Of a stretch of DNA of 27,467 nucleotides, positions 7,519 through 15,920 are shown one piece after another. This DNA comes from a virus. Lineage: Duplodnaviria > Caudoviricetes. The stretch covers positions 1-27,467 of IMG/VR virus record IMGVR_UViG_3300009566_000016, one strand, 5' to 3'. The notes under the pieces are model-generated. The model worked only from the letters and a program-made list of their open reading frames with translations. It had not been told where the DNA came from and made no database searches. Position numbers and translations under genes: made by a program. Position 1 is the stretch's first letter. Every line of letters begins with the position of its first letter.

Positions 7519-7767
7519 ATGGGAACAGCACCACCGAGGCGAGCACGCAAGATAGACATAATCAATGTCTGGGTTACCAGCCATTACAAAGAGTACCTTG
7601 ATGACTTCAAGAAGAAAGAGAGGTATGAGACCCAAGGCGAGGCACTCATGGGCATGATGGATGATCATGAACTGCAGGCCAAGCGGATCAAGAAACTGGA
7701 ACAACAGATTAGAGAATTGGGGCATGAGCCCATTGCTGATGATTCTGTATCGAACGTAGAAGAATAA
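7519..7767 (+). CDS. Putative ribbon-helix-helix regulator with coiled coil
   Basis: IINVWV strand, two helices (SHYKEYLDDFKKK, TQGEALMGMMD), then a coiled coil. Near-leaderless start behind tandem boxes (the ORF track starts at 7492). Confidence 0.6.
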   Translation: MGTAPPRRARKIDIINVWVTSHYKEYLDDFKKKERYETQGEALMGMMDDHELQAKRIKKLEQQIRELGHEPIADDSVSNVEE

Positions 7768-7807
7768 CAGGTAACTGAATAGGTAAAACTTGGTGAGGTG
7801 AACCGAC

Positions 7808-8032
7808 ATGGGAAAGATAGATGCAAAGAAACATGAGGAGATGCGTAAGTGGGCCGCATCTGAAGGTTTCGGAGATCCTGAGAAGCTGATAATCAGGAAC
7901 GGCGAGAACATTCTTTACAAGAGTAAAGATGCCATTGTGAAGTACAGGAGACTTGAACAGATGTATGATGCAGGAGCGAATGAAATCAAAGCCCGGGAGC
8001 TAAAGCATGAGAATAGAAGCAACCAGGGATGA
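7808..8032 (+). CDS. Hypothetical protein
   Basis: 74 aa; strong GGTGAGGTG SD. Confidence 0.7.
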   Translation: MGKIDAKKHEEMRKWAASEGFGDPEKLIIRNGENILYKSKDAIVKYRRLEQMYDAGANEIKARELKHENRSNQG

Positions 8033-8471
8033 AGCTTGCAGCACCAGTATCTTTTCGGTCATTGTGAGTGACCACGAGTTCATCAGGCTCAATGGCGCAA
8101 CTAAGTGGCCAATGATCCAGAAGATGTTCTATAGTCTTCTGGCCACAAGCAAGCTTGCTGCCATTGTGGAGATGGCATCGATACTTGAGAAGGCCCAAGC
8201 TGAACAACAACTGAAAAACCTGGAGGCTGGACTTGAGACTGGCAGTACTTCTGAGGTTGTTAGCATCATTATGTCTAAACCAATAAAGCCTAACCCGGTA
8301 ATGGTTGCCATTGGCAGTAGAGAAAACGAATGCGGTATGCGTATCAAGTCCAACTATACACCTATCTGCATGGCTTCAGGCAACTTGTTTGAAGGCAGAG
8401 ACAGATCGGCATGCAATGGGCGGCTCGACTGTCCGGCATTCATTCCAGCACTCGAAGGTGGTAATCAATGA
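8007..8471 (+). CDS. Hypothetical protein with C-terminal CxGRLDC module
   Basis: 154 aa; ends C...C...CNGRLDCPAF; ATGA overlap with the next gene. Confidence 0.7.
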   Translation: MRIEATRDEACSTSIFSVIVSDHEFIRLNGATKWPMIQKMFYSLLATSKLAAIVEMASILEKAQAEQQLKNLEAGLETGSTSEVVSIIMSKPIKPNPVMVAIGSRENECGMRIKSNYTPICMASGNLFEGRDRSACNGRLDCPAFIPALEGGNQ

Positions 8472-8989
8472 CGGCCGATCGCACCCAGGATGATGCAAAC
8501 AAAAGTGCAGTGAAAGTGAAGTATGATCTTGTGGACTTTAATGTGACTCAGCTAAACATATCGCCTAAAGCCCAGTGCCCCAAGTGCGGAAGCGGTGAGG
8601 ACGAGCTGGAGCTCATAAGAAAGCCGAGCGGCTCACCTGACCTCTTTAGTTGCAATAACTGCGGCTGGGCTGCTGATCGCTGGTCTATGATTTTGCTTTT
8701 GGAATATAAAGATAAAGAACATTCGCCTTATCTTGCTACTGTTATTAGTAAGGATGAGAATGAGAATAAGACTGAAAAGGCCACACAAGAAACTACTTCC
8801 GGCCTTGTTGTTGGTGAATCCCTTGAAGGTATGAAGCCCAAGGACTATCTGCCTGATGAGCAGTTTGTAGGCGATAAGGCCCTGGTTGATGCTAAAGGCG
8901 AAGCCACCTTCATGAACCGTATAGCCGAGAAGCTCAAAGCACCTGCAGGTGAGAAGCCAAAGCAGGGAAAGAAGGTGGGACGAAAATGA
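8468..8989 (+). CDS. Zinc-ribbon protein
   Basis: CPKCG...CNNCGW; ATGA-coupled on both sides; Lys-rich tail. Confidence 0.75.
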   Translation: MTADRTQDDANKSAVKVKYDLVDFNVTQLNISPKAQCPKCGSGEDELELIRKPSGSPDLFSCNNCGWAADRWSMILLLEYKDKEHSPYLATVISKDENENKTEKATQETTSGLVVGESLEGMKPKDYLPDEQFVGDKALVDAKGEATFMNRIAEKLKAPAGEKPKQGKKVGRK

Positions 8990-10086
8990 AGCCAGATCCA
9001 AACTTCAACGATCAGGGCAATGACAGGAACGATCCTTACGGCACTAAAGACTCTAATTCTGATTCTGATAGTGCTGGTATCAAAAATCCTTACATCGGCA
9101 TGAGAGTTGAGTCTGTGCTTCCTGACAGCCCAGGAGATGGAAGAGGCACAATAATTCACCTTCATGGCGATTTGGTCGATGTTAAGTTCGACTGCTGCTC
9201 TAATACCCAGAGGATCAGGCTTGATGACCTTGTAGCCCTGGACCCGATCTATGACATTGAGCGGCCTGTTTCGGCTGCCTGCCCTGGCCCTATCATTCCT
9301 CCACAGATTGGAATGAGGGTTAAGCACGCACTGATTCATGGGATTGGTGAAGGCGTTATAAAGAGGATCATCGGCAACATGCCACCACAGGGCAACCTTG
9401 TAGTCCTTGTGAAGTTCGACAACAGCGATAGGCTTGAACCGGTCGACTACAACAACTTGAAGGTGATTGAACCTGAAAAGTCTCGATTCTATAATCAGCT
9501 GAACGAAGTCGGCTTCATGGACGGCATGCAGAAATCGATTGATAGAATGATGCACGAGATCCTCAGACGACGAGAGCTGATCTTTGCAGCTATTGTGAAC
9601 TACAACTCTCATGCAACCGATGCAGGAGCTGAAGTTGTGGCTATCGATTTCAGGACTGGCACTGACACTTACACCAGATACTTCATTGAGAACGCTCAGG
9701 CTAAATCCAGAGCAGAAGCCGAGCTACACTTACATCCTGACTTGCTTAACGAGCTTAAACACCTGGGCAGGACTTTTAGGGATCGGTACTTCTGCGTGCC
9801 ATTGAGTTTAACTGGCAGACAGATTGGGGATGAACTCAGCTCGATGATGAGGAGGAGCGATGGTAGCCTGGACTGGCCAGCGAGCCGAGGACCTAAAGAA
9901 TTTACAATGCCCCCTGAACTTAAGCACGCACTCTGGCCTGATAAATTTAATCCGCTGCCCGATCATGTCTGTAGGCACTGCTTTCCAAATGGCGACTGTG
10001 AGCTTATTTATCCTAACAGCAATCCCAGGGGCAGAGGATGTACAGGTCGCATAGACTGCGATGAGTTTCTTCCTCCTATCGGGTGA
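8986..10086 (+). CDS. Protein with two Tudor/SH3-like barrels and a C-terminal CxGRIDC module
   Basis: Internal repeat IGMRV...G.G.I...V.VKFD occurs twice; ends CRHC...C...CTGRIDCDEF. Confidence 0.7.
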   Translation: MKPDPNFNDQGNDRNDPYGTKDSNSDSDSAGIKNPYIGMRVESVLPDSPGDGRGTIIHLHGDLVDVKFDCCSNTQRIRLDDLVALDPIYDIERPVSAACPGPIIPPQIGMRVKHALIHGIGEGVIKRIIGNMPPQGNLVVLVKFDNSDRLEPVDYNNLKVIEPEKSRFYNQLNEVGFMDGMQKSIDRMMHEILRRRELIFAAIVNYNSHATDAGAEVVAIDFRTGTDTYTRYFIENAQAKSRAEAELHLHPDLLNELKHLGRTFRDRYFCVPLSLTGRQIGDELSSMMRRSDGSLDWPASRGPKEFTMPPELKHALWPDKFNPLPDHVCRHCFPNGDCELIYPNSNPRGRGCTGRIDCDEFLPPIG

Positions 10087-10134
10087 GCCTATGCTTATGC
10101 TTCACCTACTTTCTTTACTTGAGAAGGACTGTAA

Positions 10135-10578
10135 ATGAAAGTCTATGCCGTTTGGGATTCGACGGAGGAAAAATTCGCTGGCCCTATCTCTAACCCGAAG
10201 CTGGCTCATATCATTCATGACTTCTTCAGCTTTGCAGTTGATGAAGACTCCGAGCTGGTCACCTTGGAAACTGATGAATATGGCGAGCAATTCCTTGCCG
10301 GTAAGAAGCCTTGGGAGATCTGCGTAACCTACAGCCTCAGAACAGGCAAGGTCATGGAGACGGACGCCCACCCAATCTGGCCGCCTGAGAAGAATGAAGG
10401 ACTGGTTGAGAATCGGGAAGGATTCCGCAGATATTTCTTTTGGGCCAAGACGAAAGGCGAGGCCATAACCCAGATCGGCAGAGTTAAAGTTCCACCTCTC
10501 GATCATGAAACCGAGCTGTCAAAAATGAAAGAGAGATTGTCTGAATCCGAGCTGGAAGAAGAAGAGGAGGCTTATTAG
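10135..10578 (+). CDS. Hypothetical protein with acidic tail
   Basis: 147 aa; in operon orientation, with the next gene starting immediately after the stop. Confidence 0.7.
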   Translation: MKVYAVWDSTEEKFAGPISNPKLAHIIHDFFSFAVDEDSELVTLETDEYGEQFLAGKKPWEICVTYSLRTGKVMETDAHPIWPPEKNEGLVENREGFRRYFFWAKTKGEAITQIGRVKVPPLDHETELSKMKERLSESELEEEEEAY

Positions 10579-10908
10579 TTGGCTATTAGTATTGATCCTG
10601 ACCCTGACCCTGGCGAATGTGAAGTCTCAATCATCCCAGGTCCTGGAGCCTGCTGCCCTGATCAGCATTTTGTTGATGGCGTCTGCACAGGTTGCGGCTG
10701 CATTCTCAGCACTTGCAGAAAAAGAATTTACAGGGCTTGCATTATGGAGGACGGCCAGCCTGGATGCTTGGGTCGCCTGGACTGCGAGGGCTATGAGACT
10801 TTGGAGAGCCTCAAATGTGTGACCTCCGGCCTGAGCAAGAGAGAATATAGAAAGGCGATGTGGGAACAAAAATTAGAATATAAGATGATGGGATTGGAAT
10901 TGAAATGA
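10579..10908 (+). CDS. Cys-rich protein with CxGRLDC module
   Basis: 109 aa, 11 Cys, including CLGRLDCEGY; GGAGG SD; ATGA overlap with the next gene. Confidence 0.7.
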   Translation: MAISIDPDPDPGECEVSIIPGPGACCPDQHFVDGVCTGCGCILSTCRKRIYRACIMEDGQPGCLGRLDCEGYETLESLKCVTSGLSKREYRKAMWEQKLEYKMMGLELK

Positions 10909-11096
10909 CTGAGATTGTAAGATTGTCCTTAGATCAGATGGTTGGTGGAAGTGTGTTTATTGCCCACACTTGCAAAACATATGAACTTACTACCGGTGAA
11001 CAAAGACGAGCCGTGCAAAAGATAGCAGAGGATGCAATTCTCGCTATCGATAAAATTGTGGAAAGAAATCTTAAAATGCCGATGGCGGAACTATGA
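10905..11096 (+). CDS. Hypothetical protein
   Basis: 63 aa; ATGA-coupled on both sides. Confidence 0.6.
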   Translation: MTEIVRLSLDQMVGGSVFIAHTCKTYELTTGEQRRAVQKIAEDAILAIDKIVERNLKMPMAEL

Positions 11097-11203
11097 AATG
11101 TAAATGTGGCAATGAGCTTTACCCAGGCGAAGATGTTTGCCTGGACTGCTATATTTCAGAAGTTCGGAAGGAAGCTCTGACACCTGGCGTCGATCTTACC
11201 TGA
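11093..11203 (+). CDS. Zinc-finger microprotein (36 aa)
   Basis: Not in the ORF track: MKCKCGNELYPGEDVCLDCYISEVRKEALTPGVDLT; ATGA overlap; followed by a T7 run. Confidence 0.6.
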   Translation: MKCKCGNELYPGEDVCLDCYISEVRKEALTPGVDLT

Positions 11204-11206
11204 AAC

Positions 11207-11213
11207 TTTTTTT
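11207..11213 (+). terminator. Archaeal oligo-T terminator
   Basis: TTTTTTT directly after the last gene of the coupled run. Confidence 0.45.
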
Positions 11214-11287
11214 CGCAACTCATTCAACTTGCGTCTGCATTCTTTATCCCGCTAAATTTTTAAATCCTGAGATTGCTTATGCGTTCT

Positions 11288-11941
11288 ATGGAGACTGCGA
11301 ACTTGGGAGAGAGTAGTAAGTCACCTCAAGGAGTGAAAATAAAAGATGCGCTAGCAATGCAGGGCGTAGGCAGCAGAGAACAAGAGGAAGGACAAGAGAA
11401 CCTGATAAACACTACTGTAAGAATGAGCCCTAAACTGAGATCAGCAATTCAGGCTGCAGCTGAGCTGAATCATATAGAATTTGCTGTTGAGATCAGGAAT
11501 ACTCTTGAGCATCATTATGGCGTGGCTACTTCGAGCCTTCGGCATGTTACCGTCCAGGATCTTGATGATGCAATGAGATGTCATGAACAGTTATACCACA
11601 CCGTGAAATCAGAGAAGCCTATGCTTCCGGCTGGTGAAATGATTGCCAAGCCAAGATCCAGGAGAAACGACGAGATCTCAACAAGTACCATTCTCGAGAT
11701 ACTCCTTGAGCATGTGAGATCTGGAGAAGCCATAACACCTACTAAGCTCGGCCAGGACCCCAGGCTGAACATGAAAGCCAAGGCCGTAGGGACTAAGCTG
11801 ATTAGGATAGGCATTCAGGCGAAGAATACCAGGCTGGGACCTGAAAGCAAGCCAGGCAGATACTACCTGCCAGAAATGATACCTGCAATTGAGGACGCTT
11901 ATGAAAGAGCTAAAAGAGAGGAAAGTTCCGGCATGGATTGA
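11288..11941 (+). CDS. DNA-binding protein: Arc-like RHH plus C-terminal winged helix
   Basis: NTTVRMSPKLRSAIQAAAELNHIEFAVEIRNTL (RHH) and ILEILLEH...ITPTKLG...AKAVGTKL...GRYYLP (wHTH). TTTTAAAT lies about 25 nt before ATG 11288 (the ORF track starts at 11273). Confidence 0.65.
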   Translation: METANLGESSKSPQGVKIKDALAMQGVGSREQEEGQENLINTTVRMSPKLRSAIQAAAELNHIEFAVEIRNTLEHHYGVATSSLRHVTVQDLDDAMRCHEQLYHTVKSEKPMLPAGEMIAKPRSRRNDEISTSTILEILLEHVRSGEAITPTKLGQDPRLNMKAKAVGTKLIRIGIQAKNTRLGPESKPGRYYLPEMIPAIEDAYERAKREESSGMD

Positions 11942-12054
11942 GCCGGATCGTGTTAGAAGAGCTAAGGCGCTGGTTGACTCTGGCTGCCAGCTTACTTTAG
12001 ATATGAAGAAACCTGAGCCTGAGCCGACTATGCACCAGCCCACTTGGGATCTAG

Positions 12055-12813
12055 TTATAGATAAGCGCAGACCGCCTTTATCCGCGTCGGCCTAACTGAC
12101 GCTCCTTCTAGATTGATAGAGTCTAGGCCGCTGCATGACGTTTTCATGAGCGGCCTGTAAGTTGCTTTTGCTGCCAAAGTCATCAGGTTTTCAAGATGTA
12201 CCGGCATTGAAAGACTCTTAGCATCTTCAGCCCCCACCTTTGCAGTCCAGTTCACATCGGTTTCGGTGCTTGATGTATCCGATAAAGTTACAAACTCATC
12301 AATAGCCTGGGCCGATGAGACCACCGGCTTAAGCTGAGCATCCAAGCTTACCTTCCACTTCCCTATCGGAATCGTGAGCTGGGGATATGAGTTATACCAT
12401 ATGTTTGCTGTTGGTGCTGCCTGAGTCTCATCGTCTGTGTCTATCGCCTCTTGAGTCCACAGGTCTTCATCAGTCGGGAATCCAGGAGGTGCATAGCCTG
12501 CAGCATAATAGAACTCTGTGATATCATCGCTGGTGAGATCATAATCAGAGCCTCCATAGAGATAGAGAGTCGTTGTGGTGGTTCCGCTGTTATATTCCAT
12601 CTTCACTATGATGAAATACTTCGTTGTGCCTGCCTGAACTAGCTTAACTCTGCCTCCTTCGGTGTAGCTGCTTCTAACATCTCCTCCTGCAAAGTCTACA
12701 GTGAATAGTGGATCATCTGCACTTGAATAGCTCCAAAGATCTTTAACGGCCCACCAGTCGCCATAGAATATTTGCTGGCCCATGGATGATATCTCTTCAG
12801 CATTTCCGGCCAT
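12055..12813 (-). CDS. Tail fibre / receptor-binding-like protein
   Basis: Last gene of the virion operon; beta-rich, with WSYSSAD...RVKLVQ..TKYFII...YGGSDY...PPGFP. Start taken at the TGATG overlap. Confidence 0.6.
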   Translation of the reverse strand: MAGNAEEISSMGQQIFYGDWWAVKDLWSYSSADDPLFTVDFAGGDVRSSYTEGGRVKLVQAGTTKYFIIVKMEYNSGTTTTTLYLYGGSDYDLTSDDITEFYYAAGYAPPGFPTDEDLWTQEAIDTDDETQAAPTANIWYNSYPQLTIPIGKWKVSLDAQLKPVVSSAQAIDEFVTLSDTSSTETDVNWTAKVGAEDAKSLSMPVHLENLMTLAAKATYRPLMKTSCSGLDSINLEGASVRPTRIKAVCAYL

Positions 12814-14090
12814 CAGGACCATCCCCAATCATGCAATATCAAAGTCATCTTTCCTTTGTCCTTGCTGTCTATGATTCTCTGCCAGACCCGCCAACTGAAA
12901 TCTAAGGATCCTTTCTGAATCTGGATTCGATCACCGATTCCTATATCTCCATCATAGAGAACCTCAACCTGGTAAGCCTTGGCTCCGGATATGTGATAAT
13001 ACTGATACCTGGCCGAAGCTTCAAGCTCATCGGGCGTCATCCTGAAACCGGTGATCCTTCGCTCTTTCCAGAAGTATCCATCATAGCCACCAGCCTCTTC
13101 CTCTGGCTGCCAGAACGTTTTAGAGCCATCGGCAGTGTGGTATGTGATCTGCTTGTACCCTTGGCTTGGTAAAGTGATCTCCTTGAGACGGATCACCTGA
13201 TCATCAGTAAACGTCTTGAGGGCTGAGGATGTCCAGCCTACCATGCGCCTGAACGCCAGATAGGTGGTGTCGTCTGACTGATTGAAGAATCGCATCTCCT
13301 CACGACCAGTTGTTATTACCCTATTCAGGAAATCGAAAGCTGTCTCCATGACATAAGGACAGCAAGTAAATGAAATCGTTACTCCAGGATCATTATAGCC
13401 ATTCCACCAGCTCGGTGCTAGACGAATATGAGTATCTCTGAATGGCACTGATGGCGAGGAAACATAAGCAGGATATTGGTCGGGACTTAGGCCAGGCGTG
13501 CATATCCATAGCTGAGAATCTCCCTGATAGAACTCGTTTGCTGCTAACGAATTCTCATCTGATCCTTCAGTAAGCAGAGTCGAGCCCAAATAGATTGTAG
13601 GAGTCGGCAACTCTTCTTTTGCGATGTAGCACATGTAAGTATTTGGGTTCGTTGGCAGTGAAGGCTCAAGATACCATATCGATATCGGGAACGAATGGTT
13701 TGCATCGTTTAACATTCCTATTGTGCCTATATCATTTTTTAATGCATCCACAAACGCCCAGGTCTGGCTATAAAATCGATGCGTCAACAATCGATACCTG
13801 AGAAGATTATGCAGACTCATGCAGGTTAAAAGCCTGGGCTCTTTCGGAGCTGGGACTATTGGATTATCTACTGCCTCGATATAACCAAGGAATGGCCTAT
13901 CATCGCCATCTGCAACTACTACCTTTCCTGCATAGTCCCCAGCTCCCCAACCCGAAAGATCGTAGTTAGTCCTGAGATCCATTCTCGAAGGCTGCATGAA
14001 GAAGTCATGAATCCGGAATGACTCAGCTATGATTGAATGGGAAACACCTGCAGAATCAATCAGGCTAAAGGTAAAATCGCTAACTCCCAT
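12813..14090 (-). CDS. Baseplate hub / Tal-like structural protein
   Basis: 425 aa; FLGYIEAV...LTCMSL N-terminal barrel, ETAFDFLNRV, and IGIGDRIQI...RV C-terminal barrel resemble gp27-like hub proteins. AGGTGG SD. Confidence 0.55.
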   Translation of the reverse strand: MGVSDFTFSLIDSAGVSHSIIAESFRIHDFFMQPSRMDLRTNYDLSGWGAGDYAGKVVVADGDDRPFLGYIEAVDNPIVPAPKEPRLLTCMSLHNLLRYRLLTHRFYSQTWAFVDALKNDIGTIGMLNDANHSFPISIWYLEPSLPTNPNTYMCYIAKEELPTPTIYLGSTLLTEGSDENSLAANEFYQGDSQLWICTPGLSPDQYPAYVSSPSVPFRDTHIRLAPSWWNGYNDPGVTISFTCCPYVMETAFDFLNRVITTGREEMRFFNQSDDTTYLAFRRMVGWTSSALKTFTDDQVIRLKEITLPSQGYKQITYHTADGSKTFWQPEEEAGGYDGYFWKERRITGFRMTPDELEASARYQYYHISGAKAYQVEVLYDGDIGIGDRIQIQKGSLDFSWRVWQRIIDSKDKGKMTLILHDWGWS

Positions 14091-14101
14091 GGATAACCAC
14101 C

Positions 14102-15430
14102 TTAAGACGTAACTGTGAAACTGGCCGTCTCCTGATCATCATACGAGCCAGACCCAGCATGCTTGCCATCTCTAACATCTACCGTTATCGTATTGCTGCC
14201 AGTATCGAGAATTGTAGGTTTCCAGATCCAGCGGGCGTTAGTCGTCCAGCCTGTCATATCCGCCTTTTCGCTATCAGTTCCTGGGCCAGTCAGCCAGAAC
14301 TTGAAGAGAAGCTCATCCTCTCCTGCATACGAAACGTTGGCCAACACCTTGATCTCAGTTTCCGCTACCTGTGGACTAGCTGGGTAAATTGAAAGGCTAG
14401 ATATCGATGGCGTTGTATCCGTGACTGTGAAGCTGGCCGTATCCTCATCATCATAGGATTCTGGCCCTGCATGCTTCTGATCTCTCACCTGAACTTTGAT
14501 CATATTGCTGCCGGTATCAAAAATCGTAGGCTTCCAAACTAGATGGTTGCTACTTATCCAACCCGTCAGATCTCTCTCTACGCCATCTGTGGCCGGACCA
14601 GTGATGAGGAACCTGAAAACTAAGTCATCATCGCCTGCATAAGAGATGTTGGCTATGATGTGAATCTCTTTGCCTGGAATCTGAGGCGATGCTGGATAAA
14701 CTGAAAGGCTGGAGATCGATGGTGTTGTATTGGTGACTGTGAAGCTTGCCATGTCTTCATCATCGAATGAGTCCGGCCCTGCGTGCTTCTGATCCCTTAC
14801 CTGCACCTTGATGGTGTTGGCACCTGTATCGAAAACTGTAGGCTTCCAGATAAAATGATTATCCTTTATCCAGCCTGTTAGTTCTCTCTCAACTCCGCCT
14901 GTGGCTGGTCCAGTTAGAAGGAACCTGAACACAACGTCGTCTTCTTCGGCATTCGTATAGTTGGCTATGATGTGAATCTCTTTGCCTGGAATCTGAGGGC
15001 TGGCTGGATAAACCGTTAAGCTGTTGATCGTAGGCGGTGTATTCGTTGTGCAGTGGATCAGCAGTTCACAGCGCCAGGCTGACGCAGGCTTTGACCAGGC
15101 TAAATCTCCCTCGATCTTTGAGACATACAGATGAACGGCGCCATAGACAACACCATCGTCTACTGCCGCCTTTACTGCCTCAACGATCTCTGTTGTATGC
15201 TCCTTCGAGTATCGGCATCTGATGTCAGCTTTCAGCACCAGATCATCGGCAAACTGGTTGCCGGATATTGATTCGAACTCACAGGAGATCAGAGACTTGA
15301 AGGAACCTTTGAGCTGCAGGTCCTGGCCTTCGAGCGGCTGGTTGACAATGATCTTGCCGTTCACCTTTGAGCTGACTGCTGAAATGGATGCAAGGTAGTT
15401 CCTGAGCGCCTGTATGTAAGCATCGCTCAT
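14102..15430 (-). CDS. Tail-completion (DUF3168-like) domain fused to three Ig-like repeats
   Basis: Likely start MSDAYIQALRNYL (15430); a roughly 130-aa N-domain followed by 3 x 104-aa repeats (PASPQ...TGW...WKPT...VRDxKH). Confidence 0.65.
   Translation of the reverse strand: MSDAYIQALRNYLASISAVSSKVNGKIIVNQPLEGQDLQLKGSFKSLISCEFESISGNQFADDLVLKADIRCRYSKEHTTEIVEAVKAAVDDGVVYGAVHLYVSKIEGDLAWSKPASAWRCELLIHCTTNTPPTINSLTVYPASPQIPGKEIHIIANYTNAEEDDVVFRFLLTGPATGGVERELTGWIKDNHFIWKPTVFDTGANTIKVQVRDQKHAGPDSFDDEDMASFTVTNTTPSISSLSVYPASPQIPGKEIHIIANISYAGDDDLVFRFLITGPATDGVERDLTGWISSNHLVWKPTIFDTGSNMIKVQVRDQKHAGPESYDDEDTASFTVTDTTPSISSLSIYPASPQVAETEIKVLANVSYAGEDELLFKFWLTGPGTDSEKADMTGWTTNARWIWKPTILDTGSNTITVDVRDGKHAGSGSYDDQETASFTVTS
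14108..15043 (-). repeat. Three tandem 312-bp coding repeats
   Basis: Units 15043-14732, 14731-14420 and 14419-14108, similar at both DNA and protein level. Confidence 0.9.
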
Positions 15431-15443
15431 TGTACCACTACTC

Positions 15444-15842
15444 CTATACTCCCGGGTAATCGCTGCTGCGACTGAATTGTGGATCTTTGTCAAACGTCTC
15501 TGTGTTGAACTTTGGCCTTCTCGGTCTGCCTTCCTTGCCTTTCGTTGAGAGCTGTTTCCTGTACTCTCTTGCCAGCTTCAGATAATTGTCCACCTTTTGA
15601 GCTGGCGAGTTAGTTTCATCACCTGTCCACTCTACCTGATCCCTGGCGTACTTGGCAGCCAAAGTCTCACAGGCTTCAATGGCGCATTCATAGAGAGCGT
15701 TTCCTGTTGTTCCGTACTTGGCTAGAAGCTCAGCTATCGTCTGGTCCGACAATTGCTTGTCATTCGGGTTTGTATCTCCTACCAGCTCCCTTACCTTATC
15801 TCTCGGAACAGTGGCAGGGCTGCTTGTATAAGTCCAATCCAA
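15444..15842 (-). CDS. Head-tail adaptor/connector protein
   Basis: WTY...DKVRELVGDT...QLSDQTI...AIEACETLAAKYAR; directly after the capsid gene. TTG start behind GGAGGTG (the ORF track starts at 15851). Confidence 0.75.
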   Translation of the reverse strand: MDWTYTSSPATVPRDKVRELVGDTNPNDKQLSDQTIAELLAKYGTTGNALYECAIEACETLAAKYARDQVEWTGDETNSPAQKVDNYLKLAREYRKQLSTKGKEGRPRRPKFNTETFDKDPQFSRSSDYPGV

Positions 15843-15920
15843 AATAATCACCTCCTAAAGTGAAACTGAAATTAAGACTGAACTAAGAATAAAAATAGGA
15901 AAAAAGAATAGAAGCCGAAC

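Noticed and set aside
8633-9612. Long antisense ORFs here and elsewhere (for example 16869-17384, 18526-19131, 19762-20196)
   Set aside because: They shadow well-supported genes on the opposite strand.
11889-12095. 68-aa plus-strand ORF
   Set aside because: It overlaps both neighbours, has no clear SD or motif, and lies in the convergence zone.
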